Source: Candidatus Levyibacteriota bacterium (GTDB lineage: Bacteria > Patescibacteriota > Microgenomatia > Levybacterales > UBA12049). Taken from it: a DNA stretch of 64,000 nt. Below, one piece after another: positions 37,317 to 47,654 of the stretch; within the stretch, counting starts at the first letter, position 1, and each line of letters begins with the position of its first letter. The position numbers and the translations under genes were made by a program. Under the pieces are notes generated by a model. The model was not told the DNA's origin. It ran no database searches and saw only the letters and a list, made by a program, of their open reading frames with translations. Where the stretch lies: contig CAVRKE010000002.1 of NCBI GenBank assembly GCA_963722305.1, positions 586,678 to 650,677 of the forward strand. The letters run 5' to 3'.

Positions 37317-38580
37317 GATAGCGTACCATTCTTCGTCTGCTAAATCGTTGCATTTAGATTATCATGTTGAGACAATCAATTAAGTATCCTCTTCCGGAAG
37401 AAGCTAGGAGGTGAATTATGAGGAAAAAAAATACGTTGTCCGATCTGTCAATCACTTTCAACAAGACGGGCTGGAAACAGATGGGTAGGAAAAGAAAAAC
37501 GGTATCAGAAGCAGCGTTTCGTTTGTCTTAATTGCCACAAATACTTCAGTTTTAAACACAGGAAAGGAATAATCGGTCAAGCACTTCAGAAGAAGGTCTT
37601 CCGTGACAGTTTGGAAGGCAGAAGCAGCATTCGCACCATTGCCAGACGAAAGAGGCTCTCCAAAACCACAGTTTCATTAGCCGTTCTGGAGGTTGCCAAA
37701 CAAACAAAAGGCAGTATCTGGATAGCCAAACATTTTCAGCCTAAGTGGGGACATGTACTCTCGGTGGATGGGAAAATCATTCGTGTCTTTGATCCAATAG
37801 CCGAGCGGTTTCAAGGAAGCGGTCATGAGAAATCATATCTTCTGAAAAAGACCTGGTTAGCGGGTGTGGATGTGATGACCAAAGATTTACCCCATTACCA
37901 AATGGCTGAGGGAGAAACCAAAATCGATCTGTATGAGTACTTCAAAACATTGAAAAATGATATTGGCTATGATTTAAAAGTGTTAGTCTGTGACGGAAAT
38001 CCGGAGACAATGACAGGAGCACAGAGAATCTACGGTCCAAGTATCGGTGTTCAGCTCTGTGTCAGGCATTTCATTGAAACACTTAAAACAATCGCCAGGG
38101 AAGAAAAGCGGGAGGAGAGGAAGATAACCGAAAACCTGGTTGGTTACGTCTGGTTAGCGCTGGCAATGAGAAAAGAGGAAGAGTGTTTAGAGCAATTAAA
38201 GGTACTTCAGACACTAGCGAAGACCCGCTGCCAAAGACTAATCATGCAAAGCTTAAATCAACATCTGTTTTTACTGACCACCCATTTTCGCTTTCACGAT
38301 CAATACTTTGTTCCCAGCTACAACAATGACGCTGAGAACCTGTTTAAGCAACTAAGCTTGAGGTTAAAAAGCTGGAATATGTTCAGAAACAAAGAAAATG
38401 CAGAGCATTACTTAAAAACCTGGGCATTGGCTAGAAGATTTACCAAGTTTACCGATTGCAGAGGTGATATGAACAGATTAAAGAATGGGAAAGCGCCACT
38501 GGAATTAGCGGGAGTAAACATTAGGGGAATTGATTACCTAAATTTGTAACTGAAAAGCAGACGAAATTTGGTACGCTATC
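37317..38580. mobile_element. IS element (ZF-DDE transposase family), copy 2, with 8-bp target site duplication
   Basis: Imperfect 25-bp inverted repeats GATAGCGTACCATTCTTCGTCTGCT (37317-) and the reverse complement ending at 38580. They are flanked by direct repeats AAATATTA (37309-37316 and 38581-38588). Confidence 0.7.
37418..38549 (+). CDS. zinc-finger DDE transposase, with +1 frame change at an A8 tract after the start codon
   Basis: ATG at 37418 with RBS AGGAGG. The A8 run at 37424-37431 shifts to the +1 frame, which encodes the zinc finger (CPIC...CLNCH) and is continuous with ORF 37611..38549 (DDE core). Confidence 0.6.
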
Positions 38581-38629
38581 AAATATTACTTATTGACAAA
38601 TGCAACTTAGTTGCATATAATACTCAATT

Positions 38630-39025
38630 ATGGTTTCAACTCAGCTTAATTTTAAAAAAACACCGGCGCGGTTGGCGATAAACGGTTTTCTTTCAAATTC
38701 AAAGATTCCGGTAGACGTTGAGCAAATAATCAAATATTTAAGATCAAAACAGCTTGATACCAATAAAGTAACTGTTTATCGGAATTTAGACTTTCTTTTC
38801 AAAAATAAGATAATCGAGAGGGTAGAGTTTGGGGAAGGGAAGTATCGATATGAGCTGAAAAAAAATCACCACCACCACCTAATTTGCACCAATTGCGGTA
38901 AAATTCAAGACGTTGAGACAAACGCAGTTGAAAAATTAGAGAAACAGATTCAAGAAGATAAACGTTTTAAGGTACAAAGTCATTCTCTGGAGTTTTTCGG
39001 ACTTTGTGCCAATTGCCAAAAATAA
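38630..39025 (+). CDS. zur: Fur family transcriptional regulator (likely Zur)
   Basis: Fur-family HTH, His-rich HHHH, and CxxC...CxxC (CTNCGK...CANCQK). Sits upstream of znuABC. Confidence 0.75.
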   Translation: MVSTQLNFKKTPARLAINGFLSNSKIPVDVEQIIKYLRSKQLDTNKVTVYRNLDFLFKNKIIERVEFGEGKYRYELKKNHHHHLICTNCGKIQDVETNAVEKLEKQIQEDKRFKVQSHSLEFFGLCANCQK

Positions 39026-39029
39026 AAAT

Positions 39030-39947
39030 ATGAATAAAAAATTAATACTATTGTTGGGAATCTTAATCGTAGTATTTGCGGTAGTTTTACTGTTTAATTT
39101 TGGCTCAACGAAAAAAACCGGCGACGGAAAACTGCAAGTCGCTGCCTCTTTTTACCCGATGTATTTTTTTGCGTCAAGAATCGGCGGAGATAAGGCAGAT
39201 GTGGTCAGTATTACGCCGGCGTCAGCAGAGCCTCACGATTATGAGCCGACTACCCAGGATTTAGTCGGTATCCAGAATAGCAATATGTTAGTCTTAAACG
39301 GCGGGGCTTTGGAAGCCTGGGGAAATAAAATTAAAGGGCAACTGCCTGCAAATGTTCTGGTTGTGACCGCAGGAGAAGGGCTAGCCAATAAACAGCTTAA
39401 CGAAAACGGACAGATAATTCAGGATCCGCATGTTTGGCTTGATCCGATTTTGGCCAAAAAAGAAGTTGAGGTTATCGAAAAAGGGTTTGAAAAACTTGAT
39501 CCAAAAGATAGCTCATATTTTCAGGCAAACGCTCAAAAACTGGATGGCGAGCTTGATGTTCTTAATGCAGATTATACGTACGCCTTCACAAATTGCGTGC
39601 AAAAAGATTTTGTGACTTCCCATGCTGCTTTTGGGTACTTGGGTGCGCAATACGGGATTACTCAAATTCCAATTTCCGGCGTTTCGCCGGATGAGGAGCC
39701 CTCAACGCAAAAAATGGTTGAAATTACCAACTTAGTCAAGGCTAAAAATATCAAAGTAATTTTTTTTGAAAGCCTAGTCAGTCCAAAATTATCAGACACG
39801 ATTGCCAACGAAACCGGCGCCAAGGCGATGGTTTTGGATCCGATTGAGGGATTAACTAAAGATGAAATCCAAAGCGGCCAAAATTACTTGACAATTATGA
39901 GGCAAAACCTCAATAATCTACAAATAGCCTTACAATGCCAGAAATAA
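39030..39947 (+). CDS. znuA: metal ABC transporter substrate-binding protein (ZnuA/TroA family)
   Basis: Signal anchor followed by the cluster-9 SBP fold (HDYEPT, DPHVWLDP). Confidence 0.75.
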   Translation: MNKKLILLLGILIVVFAVVLLFNFGSTKKTGDGKLQVAASFYPMYFFASRIGGDKADVVSITPASAEPHDYEPTTQDLVGIQNSNMLVLNGGALEAWGNKIKGQLPANVLVVTAGEGLANKQLNENGQIIQDPHVWLDPILAKKEVEVIEKGFEKLDPKDSSYFQANAQKLDGELDVLNADYTYAFTNCVQKDFVTSHAAFGYLGAQYGITQIPISGVSPDEEPSTQKMVEITNLVKAKNIKVIFFESLVSPKLSDTIANETGAKAMVLDPIEGLTKDEIQSGQNYLTIMRQNLNNLQIALQCQK

Positions 39948-40687
39948 ACCACAAAACCACCATCATTGAACTTAAAAACGTTTTCTTTGCTTACGAGAAA
40001 GAATTTGTCGTTAAAGATGTTTCTTTAGTAGTGCATAAAGGCGATTACTTAGGAATTATCGGGCCAAACGGAGGAGGGAAATCAACGCTTTTAAAACTGA
40101 TTTTAGGACTTCTAACACCGACCAAAGGGGAAATTGAGCTGTTTGGAAAACCGATCGCCAAATTCAAAGACTGGCCAAAGTTTGGTTATATCTCACAAGT
40201 GGTAACGCATACCGACCCGCATTTTCCGATGACTGTTCAGGAAGTCGTGGCCATGGGAAGGTATCCAAGACTGGGACTGATGCATTTTCCAACCAAAAAA
40301 GACAAACTCAAAGTTCAAGAGGCTTTGGAACAGGTGGAGATGTGGGAGTTTCGTAGCCGCTTAATCGGCGATTTGTCCGGTGGGCAGAAACAACGGGTGT
40401 TTATTGCCCGGGCTCTGGCTGGGGGCCCTGAAATAATTGTTTTAGATGAGCCAACAGCCGGAGTCGATGTTAAAACCCAGAAACAATTTTATACATTATT
40501 ACAGAAACTAAATAAAGAATTAGAATTGACGCTTATTCTTGTTTCTCACGAGCTCGATGTTATTGAACACGAAGCAACTGAGATTGCCTATATCAACGGA
40601 GAATTAGTTTATTACGGAGCGGCTGACCAGTTTGTGCATAGTGAATACTTCGAAAAATTAACCGAGAAAGGGGAGCATCATGTTTGA
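39935..40687 (+). CDS. znuC: metal ABC transporter ATP-binding protein
   Basis: Walker A GPNGGGKST, signature LSGGQKQR, Walker B ILDEP. Confidence 0.8.
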   Translation: MPEINHKTTIIELKNVFFAYEKEFVVKDVSLVVHKGDYLGIIGPNGGGKSTLLKLILGLLTPTKGEIELFGKPIAKFKDWPKFGYISQVVTHTDPHFPMTVQEVVAMGRYPRLGLMHFPTKKDKLKVQEALEQVEMWEFRSRLIGDLSGGQKQRVFIARALAGGPEIIVLDEPTAGVDVKTQKQFYTLLQKLNKELELTLILVSHELDVIEHEATEIAYINGELVYYGAADQFVHSEYFEKLTEKGEHHV

Positions 40688-41480
40688 TATTTTTCAGTAC
40701 GGATTTATTTTGCGGGGAATCGAAGTAGGGTTGATTATCGGCGCGATATCACCTTTAATCGGTATTTTTTTGGTGCTTCGCCGCTATTCACTCATTGCCG
40801 ATACGCTTTCCCATGTGTCTTTGGCGGGAGTTGCGATTGGTCTTTTACTAAACGTTAATCCACTTTTAACAGCAATTGGCGTCTCGGTTTTGGCATCATT
40901 TGTCATTGAAAAATTAAGGCTTTCCAAAAAAGTTTACGGCGAGTCGGCCTTATCGATTTTTCTTTCCGGAAGCCTAGCAATTGCTCTAATCATCCTTAGC
41001 CTTGCCCATGGATTTAGCGTTGACCTTTTCAATTATCTTTTTGGGAGTATCTTAACGGTGAAGCAATCGGATGTCTATATTATTTTGGGAGTTGGAATTA
41101 TCGTTCTTCTTTCAATAATTTTACTTTACAAAGAGCTGATTTACATTACTTTTGATGAAGAAGCGGCTAAAGTAGGTGGAATCCCGACGAAACTGATTAA
41201 TAATATTTTTATTGTACTGGCCGCTCTAACAGTTGCTTTGGCAATTCCAATCGTTGGTATCCTTTTGATATCGGCTTTAATTGTAATTCCGGTTGTGGCT
41301 GCCTTACAGCTTAAAAAAAGTTTTTGGAAAACACTTGTTTTAGCTGAAATATTCTCTTTAATCTCGGTGTTTTTAGGAGTAGTAGCATCTTTCTATCTTA
41401 ATCTTCCTGCGGGGGGAGCAATAGTAGTTACAACGCTGATTATTTTTGTTCTGACTCTGTTTTATCAAAAGATGAAGTAG
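40680..41480 (+). CDS. znuB: metal ABC transporter permease
   Basis: 266 aa, 8 TM helices, ABC-3 family pattern. Confidence 0.8.
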   Translation: MFDIFQYGFILRGIEVGLIIGAISPLIGIFLVLRRYSLIADTLSHVSLAGVAIGLLLNVNPLLTAIGVSVLASFVIEKLRLSKKVYGESALSIFLSGSLAIALIILSLAHGFSVDLFNYLFGSILTVKQSDVYIILGVGIIVLLSIILLYKELIYITFDEEAAKVGGIPTKLINNIFIVLAALTVALAIPIVGILLISALIVIPVVAALQLKKSFWKTLVLAEIFSLISVFLGVVASFYLNLPAGGAIVVTTLIIFVLTLFYQKMK

Positions 41481-41524
41481 GGGACTAGTTCAGATTCTGG
41501 AGGAGTCTTACTACTAATTTAATC

Positions 41525-42421
41525 CTAGTCTACTGTAAGTTTGCATTGGGCATCAACCGACCATTTTTTGTTGGCACTTTCAGCGGTTATGGCGCCTTGA
41601 ATCGTCTGATACGGACAAGCTCCAACAATCGGAGTTCCATTAATAAAGAAACTGGGGGTGCCGGAAACGCCGGCTTTTTGGCCGTCCGCTAAATCCTGGC
41701 TTACTTTACTTTCATCGGTTTTGTTACTCAGGCAATTCCTAAACGTAGTTTCATCCATCCCTAAACTGACGGCCGCTTGGGTTAAAGTATCGGTATTATA
41801 CATGCTGGTGTCGGATTCCGACGGCTGGTTTTTATAAAGGTAATCATGGAAATCCCAGAACTTACCTTGGTCATTAGCGCATTCGGCCGCATCTGCTGCG
41901 ACCACCGAAGCCTGTTGTCCGTCAGCGGAGTTACCGGGAAGAAAAGCGAAATTTCTAAAGACAAACTTCACTTTGCCGGTATTCACAAAATTTTGGAGAA
42001 TTTGCGGTTCGGTGTTGGTAAAGAACTGTTCGCAGAACGGGCAGCGAAAATCGGCAAATTCAATAATGGTCACTTTAGCTTTTGGGTTACCTTTAGCCGG
42101 GAAATGTCCGAGGCTAACATTAACTTTGGTTCCCGCAGCTGGGGCATTCGGTTGAGCAGTTTGTGCTCCTGCTGCAGCCTGTTGATTGTTGGCTGTCTGG
42201 CCCTTTTCCAGATATTGAACTTTTGTAAACAAAACCCCGATTAAAAAAGCAGCGATTACCAAAAGGGCAACTAAAATTTGATTCGAAGATCTTGGCAGAA
42301 CCTTTTTCCAATCTACTCTTTCCAGTGCCACCTTTAGAGGAAGTTTAGTTTCCGAGGTTCTTAATGTCGGTTTATCAATTTCCAAGGCAGGGGTTTTTTG
42401 GGTAGCAACTCTTTTTGGCAT
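41525..42421 (-). CDS. DsbA-like thiol:disulfide oxidoreductase with N-terminal membrane anchor
   Basis: Thioredoxin-fold active site CPFC, a TM anchor and a Q/A-rich linker. Confidence 0.65.
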   Translation of the reverse strand: MPKRVATQKTPALEIDKPTLRTSETKLPLKVALERVDWKKVLPRSSNQILVALLVIAAFLIGVLFTKVQYLEKGQTANNQQAAAGAQTAQPNAPAAGTKVNVSLGHFPAKGNPKAKVTIIEFADFRCPFCEQFFTNTEPQILQNFVNTGKVKFVFRNFAFLPGNSADGQQASVVAADAAECANDQGKFWDFHDYLYKNQPSESDTSMYNTDTLTQAAVSLGMDETTFRNCLSNKTDESKVSQDLADGQKAGVSGTPSFFINGTPIVGACPYQTIQGAITAESANKKWSVDAQCKLTVD

Positions 42422-42469
42422 AAAAGGATTGTATAGTTTTTAAAAAACTTTTGTCAAGTGCTAAAATTC

Positions 42470-43321
42470 GGGTTCTCCTACCCTGTTGGTAAAGCATGTA
42501 GCGTGTTTTGCAAGTAATGGTAAGGAGATTTAAACATTTCCGGTCTGGAAAATCTGCAGTAAAATTCACAGACATATTCTTCAAGCTTTTCTTCACTGAC
42601 ATGGTGGTACATCCTCCGGATAAAAGTCCTTAAAACGCCAAACATTCCTTCAATTTCAGAGGTGTTGGTAAACTCAAATTTCTTGTGAATGTCTGTCATA
42701 TGGAATAGAGGATAATACTTATCAATATTTTTGTAAATAGTAGAGCCATCTGTATTTAGTTGAGACTCTGGTTTAACGTAAGTTCTAACAAAATCAATTG
42801 CATCTTTCTTCGCTGGGGCATCAGAGGAGAGGATTTGATAAGCAAGCTTTCTGGTTCCTCTCTCCTTTCCCATGAGAAGTGCGGTATTACCAAATCTGCC
42901 AAAGTAGGCCTCATCAAGCTGGACAATATGCTCTAGAAGCCTCTGATCTCTTGGTAATTGTTCTCTGAACAAGTCAAAGTAATGTCTGACTCCCTTCTCA
43001 GACAAAGAAGTTAGATCTTCAGTCTGTTTAACCGGCATTTGTTTTGTCCAGCACCAGAGAATTAACCAAAATCTCTGCAAAGGAATCTTCACATTGCAAA
43101 GCCAGGTATGGGAAAACAGCGAGAACTTAATCTGACATTGTCTACATCTGTATCTTTTTTCAAAGCGAACAATATTCCAGGATTTGCACTTTGGACAGAA
43201 GATATTTCTACCAAAAACAGTTCTTCTGAGAAACTTTTTAATCTGGGCATCCGTAGGTACTTGTTTTAAATGGTACATAATCATATTCTAACGATTTTGT
43301 ACCAACAGGGTGGGATTACCC
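42470..43321. mobile_element. IS1595-family insertion sequence with 8-bp target site duplication
   Basis: 22-bp imperfect inverted repeats GGGTTCTCCTACCCTGTTGGTA at 42470- and at 43321- (inverted). They are flanked by perfect direct repeats TAAAATTC (42462-42469 and 43322-43329). Confidence 0.8.
42478..43284 (-). CDS. IS1595-family transposase
   Basis: N-terminal zinc finger (CPKCKS...CRQCQ) and a DDE core (LDEAYF, TDGSTIYKNI). Confidence 0.8.
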   Translation of the reverse strand: MIMYHLKQVPTDAQIKKFLRRTVFGRNIFCPKCKSWNIVRFEKRYRCRQCQIKFSLFSHTWLCNVKIPLQRFWLILWCWTKQMPVKQTEDLTSLSEKGVRHYFDLFREQLPRDQRLLEHIVQLDEAYFGRFGNTALLMGKERGTRKLAYQILSSDAPAKKDAIDFVRTYVKPESQLNTDGSTIYKNIDKYYPLFHMTDIHKKFEFTNTSEIEGMFGVLRTFIRRMYHHVSEEKLEEYVCEFYCRFSRPEMFKSPYHYLQNTLHALPTG

Positions 43322-43796
43322 TAAAATTCAACTTTTGCATCAGGTGACTGAAAAAGAAACTTAAAGAAGTCAAAATATTCGGTTTCTTCTTCTCGGCTTT
43401 TTTTATGGAAAAAGAAAGCTTTTTGTTCTTTGCGAAGATCATCTTTCATATTCCGTAAAAGGTTTTTAAATTGTAATGTTTTTCCGTCTAATACTTTCAT
43501 AATATTTCACCCCCTTAGAAGACACGAAAAGCAGCATACGAAAATGTCACTGGTAAAGCAGTAATTGTTTAGACAGAAATGTTGTAAGCGGGCTAACAAA
43601 TGTTTTTAATTGAGTAAAGAAAGAGATAAAGGTGTATTAACAAGGCGCAAAAAATAAAAGAGGAGCGTTATCAAATAATCTATTAAACAAACCTTTCTTT
43701 TTATAATTGGATATGATTTATATTCATGGAGCTGGTAAGATTATACGTTGACAGGGGAAAAACTGTCTGCTATGGTAATACAACGAGGAGGTGAGT

Positions 43797-44120
43797 ATGG
43801 CAGATTTAAACATTACAGATCAGAATTTTGAGGCAGAAGTACTAAAATCGGAGATTCCCGTCTTGGTGGATTTTTGGGCAGAGTGGTGCCATCCTTGTCG
43901 GATTGTCGGGCCGATTATCGAAGAGTTGGCCACGGATTATGACGGAAAAATTAAAGTCCGCAAAGTGAACGTTGACTTAACCCAAGTTTCAGGCAACTAC
44001 GGAATTATGAGTATCCCAAGCGTTTTGCTTTTTAAAAACGGGAAAGTGGTGTCAACCATGGTTGGAGCGCAAAGTAAAGATAGTTACAAAAAAGAAATAG
44101 ATAGTGTTTTGGGAAGTTAG
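43797..44120 (+). CDS. trxA: thioredoxin
   Basis: Active site WCHPC in a thioredoxin fold. Promoter TTGACA-17-TATGGT at 43748-43776. Confidence 0.85.
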   Translation: MADLNITDQNFEAEVLKSEIPVLVDFWAEWCHPCRIVGPIIEELATDYDGKIKVRKVNVDLTQVSGNYGIMSIPSVLLFKNGKVVSTMVGAQSKDSYKKEIDSVLGS

Positions 44121-44237
44121 CATTTCGGGGTCCTGCCGGAAGTTTCCCTCCCGCCAGTGCTCGTTCAGGGTGAAACAAGCTTCAGTGAACTGCGCGCTGT
44201 CAGGAGCCTTTCCACTTCCGTCACCCCTCACAGTATG

Positions 44238-45248
44238 GATAAATTATACGACATAATTATTCTTGGCTCAGGTCCTGCCGGTTTAACCGCCGCAATTTAC
44301 ACCACCCGCGCTGATTTAAAGACGCTGGTGATTGCCGGAGTGAAGTCGGGCGGACAATTAATGCTAACAACATTGGTGGAAAATTTCCCTGGTTTTCCCG
44401 AAGGAATTCAAGGCCCGGATTTAATGGCCAACATACGCAGTCAAGCGGAAAAATTCGGCGCGGAGTTTGTGGACGATGATTTTACAAGCGCAGATTTTAG
44501 CTCACAGCCATTCAAAGTCAGCGTTGGCAATAAAACTTATCAGGGAAAAGCGGTGATTATTGCCACCGGGGCAGAGAATAAGTGGTTAGACGTTCCCGGT
44601 GAAAAAGAAAAAATCGGCCGCGGAGTATCTTCCTGTGCACCCTGTGACGCAGCCTTTTTCCGGAATAAAAACGTCATCGTTGTCGGCGGCGGAGACAGCG
44701 CCATGGAAGAAGCCTTAGTCTTAGCAAAGTTTGCCACCAACGTAATCATTGTGCACCGCCGGGACAGTTTCAGGGCTTCAGAAATTATGATAAAAAGGGT
44801 GATGGAAAACCCGAAAATTCATGAGTTTTTTAACGCGGAAATCATTGAAGTGCTCGGAGAGCAGAAGGTCGAGAAGGTTAAGGTAAGAGTGAGGCCATCG
44901 GATAAAGCTTTGCCGTCAAAATCAAAGGAAGAAATCGAAAAAATTACGCCGGCATTGTTACAATTCAAAGTTCTGGAAAAAGATGCGGAAACCATCACCG
45001 GCACAATTGTTATCGATGGAGTGTTTGTGGCTATCGGGCACCGGCCAAACACGGCAAACTTCAAAAATATCGAGCTTGATGAGGGAGGTTTTATCAAAGT
45101 TCATGACCATTTCTTAACCAATATTGACGGGGTGTTTGTCGCCGGCGATGTCCACGACAACCAGTATAAACAGGCCATTACCGCCGCCGGTTACGGCTGC
45201 TCAGCCGCTCTTGAACTTCAGAAATGGTTAGCTAGTCAATCCTCATAA
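44238..45248 (+). CDS. trxB: thioredoxin-disulfide reductase
   Basis: FAD site IIILGSGPAG, redox-active CAPCD and the NADPH site GGGDSA. ORF 44157, with a likely start at 44238. Confidence 0.8.
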   Translation, partial: DKLYDIIILGSGPAGLTAAIYTTRADLKTLVIAGVKSGGQLMLTTLVENFPGFPEGIQGPDLMANIRSQAEKFGAEFVDDDFTSADFSSQPFKVSVGNKTYQGKAVIIATGAENKWLDVPGEKEKIGRGVSSCAPCDAAFFRNKNVIVVGGGDSAMEEALVLAKFATNVIIVHRRDSFRASEIMIKRVMENPKIHEFFNAEIIEVLGEQKVEKVKVRVRPSDKALPSKSKEEIEKITPALLQFKVLEKDAETITGTIVIDGVFVAIGHRPNTANFKNIELDEGGFIKVHDHFLTNIDGVFVAGDVHDNQYKQAITAAGYGCSAALELQKWLASQSS

Positions 45249-45298
45249 TTTTCGCCGGCTGCAACAATCTCGCCGTATCATAGTAATATTCAACAAAC

Positions 45299-46894
45299 TT
45301 ATTTCTTTTCGTAGAAATAGATATATTTCTGGTTAAAAGAAGTGGGTGGGAAAGCCCGACTGACTATATCGGAATCGTTACCATTGTAAACATTTTTACC
45401 GACCTCAAGTTTTTTTAGAACATACTTATCGGCTATCTGTTTCCATAAATTAACAAAACATTCGGATTGGTTTTTGGTGTTTAGGGTAGCTTGGTTCAAA
45501 TCAGCAAAGTAAATCCAGCGAATATTGTCTTTATTAGTAATTGAGCGTGGCCCCGTATATTGACCGGTTTTTCCATCGCAAATAAGGGAAAAGAAGGGCA
45601 CTTTTGAATCAAGATATACCGCGTAGGAATAGCTTCCTAAATATAAATCTCCCTGATGATAGTTTTTCTTAAAATAGCCGGCAAGTATCGGTAAATATGT
45701 TTGATATTTTTTTGTTAATTCTATTTTATATGCATCAAATACATTAACTTCTTTAACGTAGTGATTTATAATCTGCAAGGGGAATGTATTTAGAATCGAA
45801 GTACTAATAAAAAAAATGCTTAATAAGAGTAGGAACAATATATTTTTCTTTCGTAGGAAATAATAAATTACTCCGTAAAGCAATACTAATATCGGGGCAA
45901 GGTGAATAATATATCTCCCGTGGGGGACCAGGAAAACAGTAACCAGCGAAAGGTGCACGAGCATCCATATCGAAACAAGATAAATAAACTTGCTAAACTT
46001 TTTTCTGCCCAAGAAGAAAATAATTGGTACAAGAATTAGAGGGAACAAATAGGCGTTAATATAGGAAATACTCTTACCTGCCAGCAATGGAATATTGGTG
46101 AGACTGTGTGCGGCCATAAAGACATTGCTGTTATATGGTCTAAATATTAAGAACCAAAATATAGCAAAGGCCGTTTCGACGATAATTATTGTAAAAAGAA
46201 TTTTATTCCTTTTAATTAGAAGCACTATAAATACAACTATTAGACAGCTAAGCCAAATTAAATAATTGCTAAAAAAGAGCAAGAGTAAGCTTACAAAAAA
46301 CAAGATGTAATTATTTCGGTCCAGTCGATGCCAGATATATTTAACTAGTAAATAAAATACGCATAAAGAGAAAAAACTTGATAGGCTATAATATCTTGCC
46401 TGTCTTGAATACAAAAAAAACGGGAGTAAAAATATCAGCTGAAGAGAAAGAAGAAAACTGATTAATTTATTTTGGAAAATTAATGTCGATGTTTTAAATA
46501 ATAAAATTACGCTTAAGACTCCACAAAGAGCGAAGAATAGACGTGTTCCCCAGAGATTATTACCAAAAATTAATATGCCGGCAAGCGTAACATAATGCTG
46601 AAGCCAGGGATGCCAGGTCCAAATATATTTGCCAAAAATTAATCTTGAATCTATTCCATTGGCTGTAGAAACAAACACTTGTCCTGTCCAGGCAGTAGGA
46701 ACGCCATTTGTCAATATTGATGTTGCCAAAAGCACAGTTTCCGGCTCATCTAATGAATACTCCTGGCCTGAAAGATTGGTGCAAAATATGGCAACGCCAA
46801 TAACGATAGTCAGTATTAAAAGTAGATTGTTTTTTAAAAAAGCGAAACTTAAATGATTTGTTAATCCCTTTTTAAACGTATCCTTTATCTTCAT
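45299..46894 (-). CDS. large polytopic membrane glycosyltransferase (GT39/GT83 ArnT/PMT-like)
   Basis: 531 aa, more than 10 TM helices and an N-terminal periplasmic-loop architecture. Assignment is by architecture only. Confidence 0.45.
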   Translation of the reverse strand: MKIKDTFKKGLTNHLSFAFLKNNLLLILTIVIGVAIFCTNLSGQEYSLDEPETVLLATSILTNGVPTAWTGQVFVSTANGIDSRLIFGKYIWTWHPWLQHYVTLAGILIFGNNLWGTRLFFALCGVLSVILLFKTSTLIFQNKLISFLLSLQLIFLLPFFLYSRQARYYSLSSFFSLCVFYLLVKYIWHRLDRNNYILFFVSLLLLFFSNYLIWLSCLIVVFIVLLIKRNKILFTIIIVETAFAIFWFLIFRPYNSNVFMAAHSLTNIPLLAGKSISYINAYLFPLILVPIIFFLGRKKFSKFIYLVSIWMLVHLSLVTVFLVPHGRYIIHLAPILVLLYGVIYYFLRKKNILFLLLLSIFFISTSILNTFPLQIINHYVKEVNVFDAYKIELTKKYQTYLPILAGYFKKNYHQGDLYLGSYSYAVYLDSKVPFFSLICDGKTGQYTGPRSITNKDNIRWIYFADLNQATLNTKNQSECFVNLWKQIADKYVLKKLEVGKNVYNGNDSDIVSRAFPPTSFNQKYIYFYEKK

Positions 46895-47127
46895 TTGGGA
46901 ATGGTCTTTTAAGCAAAAGCCAGATTAATAAGTTGATTTATCTTTCATTACTTTGTCTAGGATTTTGTTGCCGGGTCAATGTTAGTCAAAAAGATTATTA
47001 ATAATAAAGGTTCCACTATAGATGTATTCTAAGCTAAGGTATTTTTATTTGTCAACAAACCTGTAATTTAAATTACATACAGCAGAGTAGAAATTGCGTA
47101 TTCTAAGCTCCTAAGTCATCTGAATTT

Positions 47128-47643
47128 ATGGAAGAAGAAAATAAAACGCAAGTTTCTGGAAAACGTCCATTTTGGCAGTGGGCTTTTTTAGGTGTTGTGG
47201 TGGTAATAGTAGTTTATGGGCTGGTTTATTATTTTGTTTTAGCAAAGCAACCAAGTAGTCAGAGTATGACTTCTGCAGCTTCATCTATGAAGCCAACCAT
47301 GGCGCCAAAACCAACAGCAGGGACAGCGATGCAGAAATTTTCCGACTCAAGTGACTACCAGTATAGCTACAAGATTTTCCCCGGAGCTTTAGCGAGCGAA
47401 TCAAAGCAGGCAATGGCCGGTTTTGCGATGACTACAAAAGTCATGCCGGATGGTTCAACTCAAGTGACCCTAACCGCCCAGAACCCACTTTATAAAACTC
47501 AGCAGTATATGGTAAAACCGGGAGACACACTCTACTTCATCGAAAGAAATCTTAAGGACGACGATCCGGAAAAAGATACAGATAAGATGATGCTCGATGA
47601 TACCGCCATTTTAGTCGACCCCCAAGGGAATATTATTCAATAA
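47128..47643 (+). CDS. hypothetical membrane-anchored protein
   Basis: ORF with one N-terminal TM helix. Confidence 0.4.
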   Translation: MEEENKTQVSGKRPFWQWAFLGVVVVIVVYGLVYYFVLAKQPSSQSMTSAASSMKPTMAPKPTAGTAMQKFSDSSDYQYSYKIFPGALASESKQAMAGFAMTTKVMPDGSTQVTLTAQNPLYKTQQYMVKPGDTLYFIERNLKDDDPEKDTDKMMLDDTAILVDPQGNIIQ

Positions 47644-47654
47644 CAATTAAATAT

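Noticed and set aside
43300-43500. About 57-aa minus-strand ORF (MKVLDGKTLQFKNLL...) in the IS1595-trxA intergenic region, vaguely FolD-N-terminus-like.
   Set aside because: It is too short, has no RBS and shows only weak similarity. It is possibly a gene fragment left by the IS insertion and was not annotated.
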